From: a virus
DNA length: 50,155 bases
IMG/VR virus record: IMGVR_UViG_3300045125_000156
Strand: one strand, 5' to 3'
A program made the translations under genes and the position numbers. The notes under the pieces are model-generated. The model saw only the letters and a program-made list of their open reading frames with translations, was not told the origin of the DNA and did not search any database. Below are positions 30,562 through 40,325 of the stretch, piece after piece; position 1 is the stretch's first letter, and every line of letters begins with the position of its first letter.

Positions 30562-30634
30562 AGTGCCCCAGCGGGGATCGAACCCGCGTCGACGGAGTGA
30601 AAAACCGCCATCCTAACCGCTAGACGATGGGGAC
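30562..30634 (-). tRNA. tRNA-Glu (UUC)
   Basis: Loop TT-TTC-AC; acceptor stem slightly imperfect (possible read error). Confidence 0.8.
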
Positions 30635-30639
30635 CTAGC

Positions 30640-30798
30640 CTAATCGCTCTCCGCTTGAATCGTCATGGCCAGCTCATAAGCCAGCATGGCAACTTTGACG
30701 AGAGTGTTGTGGCCAAGCTTGTCGATCTCGTCGGGGTCGTCTTCTTCAATGATCTCCGCGATATTTTCAGCAAGCTCTTCAATTTCTTCTAAATACAT
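30640..30798 (-). CDS. small acidic protein, paralog 2
   Basis: GAGGT RBS; MYLEEIEELAENIAEIIEEDDPDEIDKL... Confidence 0.7.
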   Translation of the reverse strand: MYLEEIEELAENIAEIIEEDDPDEIDKLGHNTLVKVAMLAYELAMTIQAESD

Positions 30799-30820
30799 GA
30801 CCACCTCGGGGTGCGTCAAG

Positions 30821-30891
30821 TTCGGTCGCCGGGACTCGAACCCCAATCGCGGGAGCCAAAATCCCGCGTCCTGCCATTAGACGACGCCCGA
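30821..30891 (-). tRNA. tRNA-Gln (UUG), second copy
   Basis: Loop TT-TTG-GC. Confidence 0.85.
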
Positions 30892-30895
30892 TCAG

Positions 30896-30977
30896 TGCGA
30901 GCGGAGGGGTTGAACCCTCACGCCTTTGCGGGCAGCGGATTTTGAGTCCGCCGCGTCTGCCATTCCGCCACGCTCGC
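30896..30977 (-). tRNA. tRNA-Leu (CAA)
   Basis: Loop CT-CAA-AA; long variable arm. Confidence 0.85.
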
Positions 30978-31055
30978 TAAGTGCCCCGATTCGGTCTGCG
31001 CTCGGGGCCCCACGCGTTTTGTCAGAGAAGTGTGGGGGCACGTCTCTGCGACCGA

Positions 31056-31128
31056 TGGGTCGTCCGGGACTTGAACCCGGAGCCAACGGATTAAAAGTCC
31101 GCTGCTCTACCAATTGAGCTAACGACCC
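31056..31128 (-). tRNA. tRNA-Lys (UUU)
   Basis: Loop CT-TTT-AA. Confidence 0.92.
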
Positions 31129-31171
31129 GAAGGCCCTCTGTTACGAGGGCCCCTACTCTAAGCTGATTTGT

Positions 31172-31645
31172 TTACTTTGTCCACCAGTCGGGAGGCGGGC
31201 GATTTTTTCGCCAGCGCGCAAACCGGGACTTGCTATCGAGATAGAAGTTCCGGTACGCCACGACGGCGTTGTCTTCGTGCAGATACGAAGGCATCACCTG
31301 CACGAACGGAGTACGCGCCAGCTGATCAAATGAGACTTGATCACGGGCGGCGTCGATTTCCGCGATTACGGCTTGTGACGCGTGCGTCTTGCCGTAGCGG
31401 TAGGTGTACTCGCGGCACAGCGCGAAGCCGTGGACAAGGGTCCAACGAAAGTTGGCTTTTGAAGTCTTTGCCCACAAGGTGCACGGGTGGCCTGCGTGAC
31501 TCGGGCGATAGCCGACCTTCACGCCGTGAAGGTGGCAGGCCGTAGACAGTATCTGCGCTGTCTCGGACGCCATCTTCACGACGTGTTGGTCACAAGCCAT
31601 CTGCGCTGCGACGCGGGGGTCCCGGTCGAGCACGAAGATATTCAC
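31172..31645 (-). CDS. pyrimidine dimer DNA glycosylase / endonuclease V family protein
   Basis: MNIFVLD.DP..AA...CDQHVVKM..ETAQILST...Y...H..HPCTLW...N..W......LC.EY..RYGK.H...YRNFY...K. Confidence 0.85.
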   Translation of the reverse strand: MNIFVLDRDPRVAAQMACDQHVVKMASETAQILSTACHLHGVKVGYRPSHAGHPCTLWAKTSKANFRWTLVHGFALCREYTYRYGKTHASQAVIAEIDAARDQVSFDQLARTPFVQVMPSYLHEDNAVVAYRNFYLDSKSRFARWRKNRPPPDWWTK

Positions 31646-32397
31646 TTGAAACACCGCCTACACGGGTCACAAGCGCCTTCATGCTCTGTGTCGGGCAACG
31701 AGGCGGGGCACACCTTACGATGCGCCCAGGCGTTGAAGGTCGGGCCGACGTGTTTGTTGAAAACAACCGCCACGTCTCCCGGCGGCTTGTCTTCTTCGGA
31801 CACGCGCGTGTAAGAAAACCGCACAGCTGCCCTTTTGAACTTGGACTTGAAGCTGCGAAGTTTCTGCGCCGTTGCGGGCGGCGTGGAGTGATCGAGCGAA
31901 AGTAAGAGCCGCAAAGCCGCTCGGTCTGCAAGGAGCCGTATCATGTCCGGCCGCCTCGAAATGACCCAGATCAAAAGATCGGGGTGGTCGCGCGTGAGCG
32001 CGTTGATGACCTTGCAGGCGCCGGGGCTTAGATCGCCCGCGCCGTTCCATCGTAGCCAGTTGCGGCCTCTTGGTATTTGCGCCCAGAGACGATCAGCAAC
32101 GGCTTTTACAGTCCGAGGCGAAGCGTCAATCAGAGAATCAACCAACCGTTGATTCAATGCGTGCTGCCGCACCGCGTTGGGGAAGTTCATGAAGCCCCCG
32201 AGCGCGTAGCATCGCGCGCTGTTGTCGCCGCTCCCCATGCACACGCGTGTCGGACAACACGTCGTGTGCACGGGGAAGTCGACGGAACAACCTGTCTTTG
32301 AGTTTTTGGTGAGATGAAGCGCGTCGGGTAACGGCTCCGCCTCAACACTCTGAATGACCGCGAGATGCCGGGCCCGGGTCTTGGCCCAGGTGCTCAT
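31642..32397 (-). CDS. GP88-like (radical-SAM-related, Cys-rich) protein
   Basis: NSKTG...TCCPTRVC...CYA..G...RWNGAGDL...CPA...C..CRRC. Confidence 0.65.
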   Translation of the reverse strand: MSTWAKTRARHLAVIQSVEAEPLPDALHLTKNSKTGCSVDFPVHTTCCPTRVCMGSGDNSARCYALGGFMNFPNAVRQHALNQRLVDSLIDASPRTVKAVADRLWAQIPRGRNWLRWNGAGDLSPGACKVINALTRDHPDLLIWVISRRPDMIRLLADRAALRLLLSLDHSTPPATAQKLRSFKSKFKRAAVRFSYTRVSEEDKPPGDVAVVFNKHVGPTFNAWAHRKVCPASLPDTEHEGACDPCRRCFK

Positions 32398-32723
32398 TCA
32401 AATAGCTTGAGTTGTTTCTTCTCAAACTCGGCGTGGCGTACGGCTTCAGCTTTCTCGTCTTCGAACTGATCAAGCCATTGGCTGTAGGTTTTCCCCGCAG
32501 ACTCCTTGACCAGCCAGAGCGGTAAGTCATCGGCGTACCACGGTTGAGAGGCTCGACGGTCCTGCGGAAAATCCTTCGAGTCGACCTCGACGGCCTCCGT
32601 AGTCCCTTCTTCAGTTTCCCAGAGATCCTGGTTGTCGCGTGCGTACTGCGCCGCAGCTTCCGCGCACTCAGAGATCACATAGGCCTCAACAGTTACGGAG
32701 ACTTTGAAAAGCTTAACGTTCAC
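32394..32723 (-). CDS. hypothetical acidic protein
   Basis: MNVKLFKVSVTVEAYVISE...; ATGA-type coupling to the next gene. Confidence 0.55.
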   Translation of the reverse strand: MNVKLFKVSVTVEAYVISECAEAAAQYARDNQDLWETEEGTTEAVEVDSKDFPQDRRASQPWYADDLPLWLVKESAGKTYSQWLDQFEDEKAEAVRHAEFEKKQLKLFE

Positions 32724-32731
32724 GCACGCCC

Positions 32732-33855
32732 TCTAGCCCCAATGGTAATGGCCTGGCCAGCGAGCTTTTGAAGGTCATAAGCCTTCTCGGCATCCTTGGT
32801 CTGGTTGGCAAAACCAGGAGAGCGCGTTGGAGGCGCGCCACCAGCTATCGCCCGCCGGCAGGTCGGAAATATCCGTTGAGCGGTACTTCGCGGAGACTTC
32901 CTCGACTTCCTGCTTGCTCAGGTGCTTCTTGAGGAAGGCCTCGGAACTTCGTGTGGTCGACCTTCGCCTCGTGAGCCTTGCGGATGCCATCTTCGAGCTG
33001 CGCGATGTAGCCCGGCTCAAGCTGCGTGCGAAGCGCCTTACGAATCTCGGAGCACATCGACTCGGTCGCCAGCTGGTAGTTCTCGTCGGCCTCGTCGAGG
33101 TCGAAGCTGGCCTTTGCGCCGAGGTGAACCTTGCGGAGCTCTGAGGTGGAGACTGCCGTGTTGGTGCACCACATGCGCTGCATGAAGACCGAGAGCTCGG
33201 TGGCGCCGTCGCCGTAGGCGCTCTCCTTGAAGATCACGCCGATCGAGATGGGCTCGTCGGGGATCGGCTCAAGGATTCCGTCGAACACCGCACGCACCAT
33301 GAACTTGGTGTCGCCCGCATGGCCGCCGTACGGAATCAGGTTGTGCTGCTGGCAGCCCTTGGCGAAGGTCTCAATCAGCTTGCCGGGGTGAAGCCGCGCG
33401 TAGCTGTCGGTCATGAAGCCGCGCGTCTGCGCACCCACGCTGCGGATCATGCGGCGGTCATGTGCCGGCGGCTGGTGTTGGAAATGCTTGTTGAGTAGGT
33501 CGGCGGCGAGCTCCGCACCCCAACGATCGTTCTCGTCTGGTTCTGGCCATGAGCCGCCCAAGGAAGTCACGCGGCACGCCTACCGCCTCGCAGATCTTGC
33601 CAAGGGCGAAGGGGTGAAGCTCTTCGGGCGCGTCGCCCTTGTAGTTTGCGATGAGCGTGTGGCCCTCGCCCAGGTCGAACTCGGTGGCCGTCATGTAGCG
33701 GTACCGGTCGCGCGGGATCTCCGCGAGAATCTTTCGATGGCGGCCTGACCGGCGCTTTTCGCGCCGTGAATCTCGTCATGAAGCTTGGCGCGCATCTTGG
33801 TGGCAGCTTCGGAGACGGCCGTCTTGTAGGATCGGGAATCGTGATGATACAGCAT
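32732..33855 (-). CDS. DUF932-like protein (frameshifted)
   Basis: RGFMTDSYARL...ESAYGDGA...RMWCTN....LRKVHLG...WRASNALS. Confidence 0.6.
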
Positions 33856-33859
33856 TGTG

Positions 33860-34435
33860 AGAGCCCCTTTTGTCTTGCCCGCGAAATGCGGGACAAAGAC
33901 GATTACTGTTACCAGCTTTTGCCCGTGGCTTTTGCGTAACCTTTTCCGCAGCGCTTGCAGAGCGCTTCCGGGAAAGCCGTGCTCGTCGAGCCGAGTTGTG
34001 AAATCACAGAACCGCTGCACGATGAAACAGTGCGTGCAAATCACGTAATCGCGGTTGGCTTTCAGCTCAGCGCTGAAACCTTCAAGGGTCGTGAGGTCGT
34101 TGGTTGATACCGGAGGCTTGGGCGGTGAAGCCTTCTTCGGCGGTGGCGCAGCCGCAGGCTTGGGCAGCGCAGGCTGGATGGTGACGGCTTTCTTCGGCTT
34201 GGCTTTCGCGGCAGGCACCGCGAAACTTTCGCCTTCCAGATGGCCGTGCTTTGAACAGGCGTAATTCCGGACCTCGAAGTCGAGATCGAGGAGCGCCTGG
34301 TTCACGGGGTGAAGGTTTCCGCGTTTGCACCTGGAAACATTTCTGCCCCTCGTCGCAACCGCAGAGCGAGCGCACGTAGCCGTCTTCGCTGTTGCCGGCG
34401 ACGGTGTACGCTTCGCCGCAGCGGTCACAATTCAT
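33860..34435 (-). CDS. Cys-rich hypothetical protein (frameshifted)
   Basis: CDRC, CFQC-like, CSKH and CTHC pairs with a Pro/Lys linker. Confidence 0.4.
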
Positions 34436-35166
34436 AGGCTACCTCCATGGTTCTCGGGAAAAGCTTTGTCAGCTCCACTCCCGAATGCAGTTGGCGTACT
34501 GGCGAATTTCCCACTGCGCCGTTGGGTCACAACGGAGCTTGAGGAAAGCCAGCCAGTTACGCAGGTTGGCGCTGACCCGCATGGCCGAGTAGCGGCCGAC
34601 GGGTAAGACGACGCGGGCGACTTCCTTGGAAATGCCCGCCTGAAGCCCCGCCTGGTAGATGTTCTCTAGCAGGCTGTAGAGGTCCTCAGGCTCGCCAGCC
34701 ACCTGTCAGCGGCCTCGGGCCTGAACTCAGTTGTCCCTGCGCCTGCTTGTTCTTGTCGTCTGTCAGGCGCAAGCGCTCAGCGGTCGGCACGTAGTTCTCG
34801 TTCGGCAGCGGAACGTAACGAGCGCTCATTTCGTTGAAGGACTGCGTGCGGTGACGCATCCACTCTCGCAACACGAAGATGGGCGCTTTGACTTCGAGAT
34901 CGCGCCCAGCCATCTCGAAAGGACTGGCGTGTTCGTTGTCCCAGAGGTATTTGAGCAACTTCTCGTCGCCGGGCTCCTCGCCCCGGTCGTAGCAAGTACC
35001 CTCGCCGTGGTGCTCGGCCATCGGCGTCTTGCAGTACAGGCGCAGCGTGGGCCCCACCCTTGAAATCCTTTCTGCGTGCTCATACGAGCCGCCTCGATGG
35101 TCCTCTCGTCAGAGCCCCAGGTGCTCGACAGAGCTTCACGCTGCAGCCGTGGTCTGGCACCTTCAT
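34432..35166 (-). CDS. thyX: FAD-dependent thymidylate synthase (frameshifted)
   Basis: MKVPDHG...AARMS...H.SPFEM...KAPIFVLREWMRHRTQSFNEMSARY...EVARVVLP...NLRNWLAFLKLR...AQWEIRQYA (RHRx7S motif). Confidence 0.95.
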
Positions 35167-35645
35167 TCAAAGGCCTCCCCGCAAACGCGGCGGCGCGCCT
35201 CCTCGTCCGATACGGAGAAGAGAACGCGCCGCACCAACGTTGACTTGTGTTTGTTGAAGCACTCGCCGGGATGCACGTAGTCCCGGTTCATCATCTGGTA
35301 GGCGAGCGGCGCCGGGTACGCCACGTTGAAAATCAGCGCGCGAAAGACCGAGGAGTCATGCCGCGCCGCTTCCGACATGTGGGCGAAAAGAGCCCGTGCA
35401 GGGTCGTCTCCCCGACCGTGAGCACGCTCTCTCCGACCATGCGATAGGCGGAGATCCGCGTAGGACTCAAGCGCGCAAGCCCGTAAGGCTTTCCCCCGCT
35501 AACGACCGCGCGGCGTTCGGTAACTTCCGCGCGCGCACCGGCCACGCGCGGTGCTTCTCAAACCACTGCTGAAACTTTACCGGGACGTTGACAGCAGACC
35601 ATGGGCCTCCCATAGCGGGAGGCTGCACACATTGCAGCTTATAAG

Positions 35646-35987
35646 TTAAATAGCCTTTTGCTTCACGCCGTGAAACCGTCGGCAAGCTTTCAGGCGGCAG
35701 GGCGGCGAGCGCCTTGAAGTCAAAATCCCAAACCTTCGGAGCACTAGCACCCGGACAAGCACGTCGTCCGGCAAAATGCCGGCGGCTTGATAGACCTCAT
35801 TGGCTTCTTCCGGGAAAGCTTCAAGATCTTCACGAACTGCGGAATCCGCTCGGCCGTCAGCGGGCGGCGCCCTAGCTCGATGTCGGAGATATATGCTGCC
35901 GTAAGGTTTCCCGGCAGCTGCGTCCAACCTCGGCCAATGTCAGCCCCAGCTTTTTCGGGCGTCGCGTAATAATTGCCCTGCGCTCAT
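35646..35987 (-). CDS. XRE-family HTH regulator (frameshifted)
   Basis: Across frames: MSAGQLLRDAR...AAYISDIELGRRP. Confidence 0.6.
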
Positions 35988-35988
35988 G

Positions 35989-36333
35989 TCACATCCCCGG
36001 GTTAATCGCCGCGCGATATTCGGCCGTCCACGCTTCGATATCTAAAAAATTAGGCGCAGCTCCAAGCTTCCACCAGCCCCCAGCTTGCGCACTCAGACCT
36101 TCGAGCTCGGTTACTTCTTCGTCGCTCAAACGCACCGGAACCTCGATCACGGTTTTCCACAACGCGAGATCGAGGCCCGGTGCGTTGTCGCCATACTTCT
36201 GCCCTAAGTCTTTCATGCGCGTCAGCAAAAGCTGCTGCGACAAATCCCGCACCGCACTGGTGAGCTTCTGCACTGAAGCGTCAGCGTTTTGCTCAAACTC
36301 TGACATTTCAGCTTCGTTGAAGAAGTCGCGCAT
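35989..36333 (-). CDS. hypothetical protein
   Basis: Intact ORF, LEGLSAQAGGWW. Confidence 0.55.
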   Translation of the reverse strand: MRDFFNEAEMSEFEQNADASVQKLTSAVRDLSQQLLLTRMKDLGQKYGDNAPGLDLALWKTVIEVPVRLSDEEVTELEGLSAQAGGWWKLGAAPNFLDIEAWTAEYRAAINPGM

Positions 36334-36686
36334 GCCCAATACGATAACTTACAGCCTATCGTGCGTCAAAGCAGAGCTGTCATCGAAGAGCTTTCGGCTG
36401 AGGGCGCGCCCTTGTCGGTCACAGCTGCCCTTCCTCCTCGTACGTCTGGCGCGCGGACGCCAGGAGCTCTTCGATGTCGATGCCCTGGCCGTCGCCCCAG
36501 TGTAGAGATCGGTGAGGAAGTCCTTGGCGACAGTCACGGCGTCCTCTCCTTCGCCGTCATCCCCCCAGTACGCAACTAGTCCAACCGCGCAGCGAAGCGC
36601 CCGCTTGCGGTTAGACTGTCGAGGGTCCATGGGGTCCGGCTGGTCGAACGTCGGCACCTCGACGGGAAAATGCATAAGGTTCGGCA

Positions 36687-37730
36687 TCAGATCCACCTGG
36701 TCCTCCCGCGCCCCAGCTTTGCACGGCGCGATTGCGAATCACCTGAAACCACGTCTTGCCATCCCCCAGCTTTAAGGCTGTGTGCTCGGCGTCGCGGACC
36801 ATGCCGCTGACGAACACCGATCCGTTGATGAACATGCGCGTCGCCCGGTGCCGGCGAGCCCGGCCCCAGACGCCAATCTTGGCGGCCTCCCGCGCCCGCG
36901 TCGGCGCCGGCCGACGTAATCGGGACGCCGCGCTGCGTGGTATTCCAGCCGACCTTCGACTCCTTGAGCAGCACGTTCTCGCCCTCAATCACAGGCTTGA
37001 GGCCTGGGCGCGGTACGAAGAACCACTCGCCCTGACGAAGCCAGCCGGTCTCGGGCAGACCTTCGGAGCTTGAGAAACTCAAGCGCTTCGTCAACGGTCT
37101 TGGGGACACGCCGCCGGGAAGCTGCGCCAGGTAGAAGTGCCGCTTTCGCGGGTCGTCGTTCCGGTCGAGACCGGAGACGTAGTATCGCCCCGGACGGTCG
37201 GCGCGGGTGAAGAGCGTCTCGCCCAGGAAGTGAGCGACGCGCTTTTCAGAGTGCGTGCCGTCCTCGTGAATCTGAACGTACTCGCCCGCCTCCTTGTGCC
37301 GGGGCTTTGCACACCGGCAGGGGCGCCACGTCACGATCTTCTTGTCGGGCGTCGTGGCGATGATCTCGACGTCCTCAGGCTTGATGCCCGCTGCGCGCAA
37401 CGCTGAGAACGGCAGGAGGCAGTGCTCGGCGGCGCTCAGCGTTGATCGGAACTCGCGCTGCTGCTTTCGGGAGGTCACCGTGCCGGCGTCGTCGGCATTG
37501 ACGATGATTTGGCCATCGTTCTTGCGAACGCCCAGGCAGAGTCGGCCGTAGCTCATGAGTTTTGTGCAGTCGTCGAACGCGTCTACAGAGAGACGCGGGG
37601 TGCCGTCGGGGGCGTGTTGCGGGCCGTGGTTGGGCCAGGCCCGGTTGTCGTTGCGGACCTTCGTAACCCACCGCTTCTTAATTTCGTCGCCCTTGACGAA
37701 AGCGTTTGCGATTGTCCAGTAGTTGCTCAT
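36687..37730 (-). CDS. hypothetical protein with RQGEWFFVP motif (frameshifted)
   Basis: AAGGGGAG RBS; long ORF plus a C-terminal frame HRAT...EHTALKLG...WFQVIRN. Confidence 0.55.
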   Translation of the reverse strand: MSNYWTIANAFVKGDEIKKRWVTKVRNDNRAWPNHGPQHAPDGTPRLSVDAFDDCTKLMSYGRLCLGVRKNDGQIIVNADDAGTVTSRKQQREFRSTLSAAEHCLLPFSALRAAGIKPEDVEIIATTPDKKIVTWRPCRCAKPRHKEAGEYVQIHEDGTHSEKRVAHFLGETLFTRADRPGRYYVSGLDRNDDPRKRHFYLAQLPGGVSPRPLTKRLSFSSSEGLPETGWLRQGEWFFVPRPGLKPVIEGENVLLKESKVGWNTTQRGVPITSAGADAGAGGRQDWRLGPGSPAPGDAHVHQRIGVRQRHGPRRRAHSLKAGGWQDVVSGDSQSRRAKLGRGRTRWI

Positions 37731-38104
37731 CTTTCAATCTCCCCTTCGAATTCCTCGAACACGGCGCGGAAATTACCCACGCCCCCATTTTGCCCATGCC
37801 GTAAGAGAATGTCGCCGCTACGGCAAGCGGCCCGTGATGAAAGCCCCCTCATCGTGACCGATGAGATGGTTGAGAAGGATGACCGCGCCGAACTGATTGT
37901 TCTTCACATGTTCGGCGAAACGTTTGCCAGCCCCGGATGCGCGAACACCGCCGCTGTTCTCAACCCACTCGAACTGAAGTTCCAGGGATTGAAGCCAGCG
38001 ATAACGCGCTCAGGCTCGATGTACCCGCCATAGATACCGAGAGGGCTGACGTGCGTAAGGCGCACAAGCTTGGGCCAAGCGAAGGTAGGCAAGTTCATTT
38101 TCAA

Positions 38105-38157
38105 GAAAAAGAGAAGGCACGCACGCGCACGGTTTCCCGCGCGCCTACGTGCCTCCC
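38105..38157 (-). terminator. intrinsic terminator
   Basis: gaggcacgtaggcgcgcgg-gaaa-ccgtgcgcgtgcgtgccttc-tcttttt. Confidence 0.7.
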
Positions 38158-38645
38158 CTTAACCCTTGAGGGGATTATTCGGCGTCGTCGATCTTGACGC
38201 CGAGGTTCTTGGCGAGGTCCGGATACTTCCGGGCGTCAAGCGATCCAGCTTCTTGCTGGCCACCTTGTACTCGGCCTTCTTCAAGGCGATCTCGTCCCTT
38301 CAGGTCGTCGACCTGCGTGATGAGGAGTTCCAGCTGCTCACGTGCGTCAATCTGGTCAGGGGTCATTTTACGTGCCTTTCGATGAGTTCGCAGAATGTCT
38401 GCTCTAGAAGCTTGACCTTATTGTCAAGCTTGTCCCCGGCGCCAGGTTCGCCCCTTGCTAGCGCGTCCTGCGCATCCTTCACGGCGTGAAGGTCTCGTGC
38501 AAGTTCCTGGAGAAGATTTCTCCAGGGCGTAGCCCTTCTCCACTTTCATGTTGTGCCCCTGTGCCTCAAACGAGACGGGTTCCATCGTGTGTGTAACACG
38601 TGCGCGTAACACTTGCCACACACGTCGCCCAAGGCACAAGATACG

Positions 38646-38900
38646 TCAGCGACGAATGCGCGTCACCATCTCCGCGAAGTCAATCACAGCGCGGCCGAAC
38701 TTGACAGTGCTCTGTACAGCCTCGTCAATCGACACGCCCTTGGGGCCGACGAATGCGTCAATGGCGGCATCGTCCGTGTTGCGAATCACCCTCCGTAGCT
38801 CCTCTGCTTTCTCGCTCGTATCCTGGCCGTTACCCGCCGCTACACAGAATGAAGCAAGGGCGTTGATCAGGCGTTGCTCGGCCAGATTTGAAACGGGCAT
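38646..38900 (-). CDS. hypothetical protein
   Basis: GGAG RBS; MPVSNLAEQRLINALASF... Confidence 0.55.
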   Translation of the reverse strand: MPVSNLAEQRLINALASFCVAAGNGQDTSEKAEELRRVIRNTDDAAIDAFVGPKGVSIDEAVQSTVKFGRAVIDFAEMVTRIRR

Positions 38901-39064
38901 GGTTGTTCTCCGATGCAAAAAGCGAACAGCCGCAAACTCCCTGCACCATGCAGGGTTTGATTGCAGCTGCCGCAAGGGCCGCCGGTTACGCGCCGGGCGG
39001 CTCTTACGGTCTGGGAAAAAGAAGGCGCGCAGGATGATCCAGCGCTGCTTTCTTTTCCGGCCTG

Positions 39065-39701
39065 TCAGGGCTTGGCCGCCGGGGCCGGGACCGCCGCCGG
39101 GGCCTTGGGGGCCGCGTCCGCCTTGAGCTCGCCGTGGAAGGCCTCGGCCCCGGCGGCCTGCTGCTTGGGCAGCTTGAGCTGCTCCAGCAGGATCCCGGTC
39201 TGCAGTCGCGCGACCTCCGCCTGGCGGTCGAGCGCCGCCACGATGGGCTGGGCGACGTGCGTGCCCAGCTCCTTCGCGTGGAAGGTCGCGAGGCCCCTCT
39301 TTTCGAGGAGCTCGGCCGTCCTCCGCCGGGCCCCCCGCCGGGACCACCATGCGTCGGCGCCGACGAGGCGGTCGTGTTCCTCGGCCAAGAGCTGCGCGCC
39401 TCTCTCGAAGACTTGCATCTCCCGGTCGAGGGCCTTCACCTCGTCTTTCCTCCCGGAGATCTCGGCCCCCCGGCGAGCCGCGTAGGCGTCTCCCCAGAGG
39501 TGGTTGAGGGCCTGGGAGGCCCTATAGAAGGCGAGGGCCCTTTCTTCCCCACAGGGGAAGTCGAGGTCGTCACCGATCGCCCGGACCATCTTGTGGGGGC
39601 TGTCGGTCAGGTTGTCCTTCAGGGCCAGGATCGCCCCACGGAGGCCCTCCAGGTTGAAGTTCCAGCCCGTTGCTCGCCCCGACCATGCCGCTGTTGCTCA
39701 T
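39065..39701 (-). CDS. hypothetical coiled-coil protein (frameshifted)
   Basis: ATG 39701 after GGAG RBS and a structured leader. Confidence 0.5.
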
Positions 39702-39785
39702 TTTGGACTCCACTGTTTGGGCTATTGACCTGCGCGGTCGCCCCTAACCGCGCCCCATTCCCGGGGTCAGGGTAACCACACATTG

Positions 39786-39828
39786 TGGCTACACATCCTT
39801 ATACCCGGAAACACCCCTATTTTTTGAC
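39786..39828 (-). promoter_or_regulatory. promoter repeat (same family as 6.5-9.9 kb)
   Basis: GTCAAAAAATAGGGGTGTTTCCGGGTATAAGGATGTGTAGCC. Confidence 0.65.
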
Positions 39829-40325
39829 CTACCCTTTAGACCATGACCCTCGTAAAACTCATGGAATACCAAGGCGATTACCGCCCTGGTCATGGCGACC
39901 ATCGGGTGGCCCCTTTGACGGCCGTCCTGAATCTGATGCTGCGGCGGAAGACCGCCGAGGCGTGGGAGGCCTGGGCAATGCAAAAGCCCGGACTGGCCCT
40001 GGGGGTGGAGCTACTCCGGGCCCTGGGGGTAGACACCCGTAAGGCAGTTCTAGTCTGGCAACGATATGCTCAACGAAAGGCGGGCGAGCAGCCCTCTGCC
40101 GCGACCGTGGCCGCCGCTACAGAAGCTGCCGCCCGCCCTCGCCGACGTCCTCAACGATCCGAAGAAGCGATTGCTTCTTGACGAGGCGCTTCGACTCCTT
40201 CAGTCAGCACCGCCTCCGCCAGAGCCACGAGCGTCGCTAGTGCCTCCTTCCGTTGAGGGGTCAGAATCACGTTTGCCTGAAGGTCAGACAGGTAGCTCTT
40301 CCACAGGCCCTTCGCCGTCTGAACC

